A stretch of 27,378 nucleotides of DNA. Source: Candidatus Baldrarchaeum yapensis (GTDB lineage Archaea; Asgardarchaeota; Baldrarchaeia; Baldrarchaeales; Baldrarchaeaceae). Shown one piece after another: positions 25,927 to 27,378 of this stretch (position 1 is the first letter of the stretch; the number at the start of each line of letters is the position of its first letter). Position numbers and translations under genes: made by a program. The stretch covers positions 1 to 27,378 of the forward strand of contig JAEOSH010000024.1 in the NCBI GenBank assembly GCA_016840465.1, read 5' to 3'. The notes under the pieces were generated by a model that did not search any database, had not been told where the DNA came from, and saw nothing but the letters and a program-made list of their open reading frames with translations.

Positions 25927-26751
25927 ATGAAAGAACTATCATCCGATGAGATGATTGAGAGGATCAGGAGGGTGCTTGAGAGGTACAGAGATGATATTCT
26001 ATTTGCATATGTCTTCGGATCAGTGGCCAAGGGGACCGTATCGTATCGCGATATCGACATTGCTGTGCACCTACGGGAAAAACCAGCTCGTGAAAGGTTA
26101 GAGATTCTCTCCAAACTCGTATATGAAATAAGCGAGTCATTAGGAGTGAATCCCTCAAAGATAGATCTTGTTGAGATTTCCAATGTCCCGCGATCACTGA
26201 AATACGCCATAGTTAAGGAGGGAATCCGTATCTTAGGTGATGACAAACAAATTTTCGAGGAGGCATTGATTTTCTATCCTGAACTGCAAATCGATGTCAG
26301 GATATGGGGCTCCCTCGATCCGGACCCTAAGCCCGATAAGACAATCTTGGAGTCACGGGTTAGTGAATTGAGAAGAAATATTGAGTATCTGAGGAAGGAA
26401 GTGCTCGGTAAGAAGGTCGAGGAAGTATTAAAGAGTTATAAGGATGTTCTCGCAATGGAAAGGGCCACTCACAGGGCGATCGAGGCGATTCTGGATATAT
26501 GCAGACATCTAGTTAGTGTGTACAATTTAGGGGTAGCGGAGAGCTATGGCGAGTACCCACGTCGGCTTGCCGACGCTGGTCTCATGCCTAAAGAGTTAGC
26601 GGAAAGTATAAGGAAGCTTGCGGGTCTCAGAAACATACTTGTGCACAGGTATTTAAAGTTAGATTATAAGTTATTGCGCGAAATGATAAAGATACTTGTC
26701 GAAGAGGTCTATTCGAAGTTTGTTGAGTGGTGTAAATCATTGCTCAAGTGA
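25927..26751 (+). CDS. Fused minimal nucleotidyltransferase (MNT) + HEPN/DUF86 ribonuclease
   Basis: N-terminal YVFGSVAKG..SYRDIDIAV (GS..DxD) and C-terminal GLRNILVHRY (Rx4HxY) in one uninterrupted 274-aa ORF. Confidence 0.9.
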   Translation: MKELSSDEMIERIRRVLERYRDDILFAYVFGSVAKGTVSYRDIDIAVHLREKPARERLEILSKLVYEISESLGVNPSKIDLVEISNVPRSLKYAIVKEGIRILGDDKQIFEEALIFYPELQIDVRIWGSLDPDPKPDKTILESRVSELRRNIEYLRKEVLGKKVEEVLKSYKDVLAMERATHRAIEAILDICRHLVSVYNLGVAESYGEYPRRLADAGLMPKELAESIRKLAGLRNILVHRYLKLDYKLLREMIKILVEEVYSKFVEWCKSLLK

Positions 26752-26756
26752 TATGG

Positions 26757-27378
26757 TCACCAGTGCGGGAAGTTCAACTTTTTAGCCAGCAATTTTACGA
26801 AATTAGGCGATAAGATCGTGATATTTTCTCTCACGGCCTCTGCCACCGCCGCCCTGCTGGGTTCTCCCTCTACGAGGACAAAGATCCCCATCACATTCTT
26901 ATCTCTAACCTCCTCCCTAATTTTCCTGACTCTCTCGGAGAATCTCCTTATTTCCTGAGGGGATATTTCTCTCGTCACCGCCTTAACCTCGAATACGAGT
27001 ATGTTTTCATCTTCTGCAATCACGTCAGCATTTTCGATTCCCCTAAGAAAGTTTTCGGTTTCTTTCTTGCTGAAGACTCTCTTTATCCTAAGGATAAACT
27101 TGTCCTTCGTTCCGTAGAACATCTCCCCTCTTCTCCCCTCGTAAATCTCTAAGACCTTCCCCTCCGCCTCCCTCAGGAGTTCCCTGAAGTAAGACTCGGC
27201 GGTTATTCCGAATGCCCTCGCCAGCAGTGATGGAGTGTCCCTCCGGGGCTCGACCCTGAGGACGAGCCATTCCCTCATGAGGGGGTAGCTTAAGCGATAT
27301 CTCACCTCCACTCTCTCCTTCTCTCTGTCCAGAAGCCCCAACCTCACAAGTTCCTCCAGCACTATGTATGCGGAGTCC
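26757..27378 (-). CDS. C-terminal part (winged helix + PD-(D/E)xK nuclease-like domain) of a probable archaeal ATPase, truncated by the window edge
   Basis: Frame is open to the window end; L.ELVRLGLL...YRL.YP..REWL, ESYFRELL and ADVI...LVFEVKA motifs. Confidence 0.7.
   Translation of the reverse strand, partial: DSAYIVLEELVRLGLLDREKERVEVRYRLSYPLMREWLVLRVEPRRDTPSLLARAFGITAESYFRELLREAEGKVLEIYEGRRGEMFYGTKDKFILRIKRVFSKKETENFLRGIENADVIAEDENILVFEVKAVTREISPQEIRRFSERVRKIREEVRDKNVMGIFVLVEGEPSRAAVAEAVRENITILSPNFVKLLAKKLNFPHW

Noticed and set aside
1-27378. CRISPR array, tRNA, rRNA or intact IS element
   Set aside because: By eye I saw no spaced direct-repeat array, cloverleaf/T-loop signature, rRNA-like stretch or transposase ORF. 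A covariance-model scan was not run.

Overview
A 27.4 kb archaeal contig end (TTTATA-type TATA boxes, GGAGGTGA-type ribosome binding sites, archaeal ATPases, nadX, LipS2-type radical SAM; lineage not determinable from this window). Bases 1-19 are a Nextera/Tn5 adapter left in the assembly. The window holds metabolic genes: a divergent AOR-family tungsto-enzyme with its ferredoxin, a glycosyltransferase, thrC, thiC with a coupled Cys/His protein, a nadA-nadX-nadC operon and a LipS2-like lipoyl synthase subunit. It also holds two free-standing tRNA-editing domains, several membrane proteins, four toxin-antitoxin-type modules plus an orphan PIN-like gene, and three pseudogenes. Two observations stand out. 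(1) An unannotated 31-codon leader ORF (13597-13692, MRIVSTAIVTVRWIASITTSTTTSTAITTTH; 11 Thr, 5 Ile) sits between a TATA box and thrC, followed by three T5 tracts and a hairpin that can mask the thrC ribosome binding site. This resembles a thrL-type ribosome-mediated attenuator in an archaeon. (2) A membrane protein (9549-10286) carries the signature motifs of the eukaryotic ER/Batten-disease protein CLN6. Family assignments come from motif recognition; no database search or RNA folding was run.
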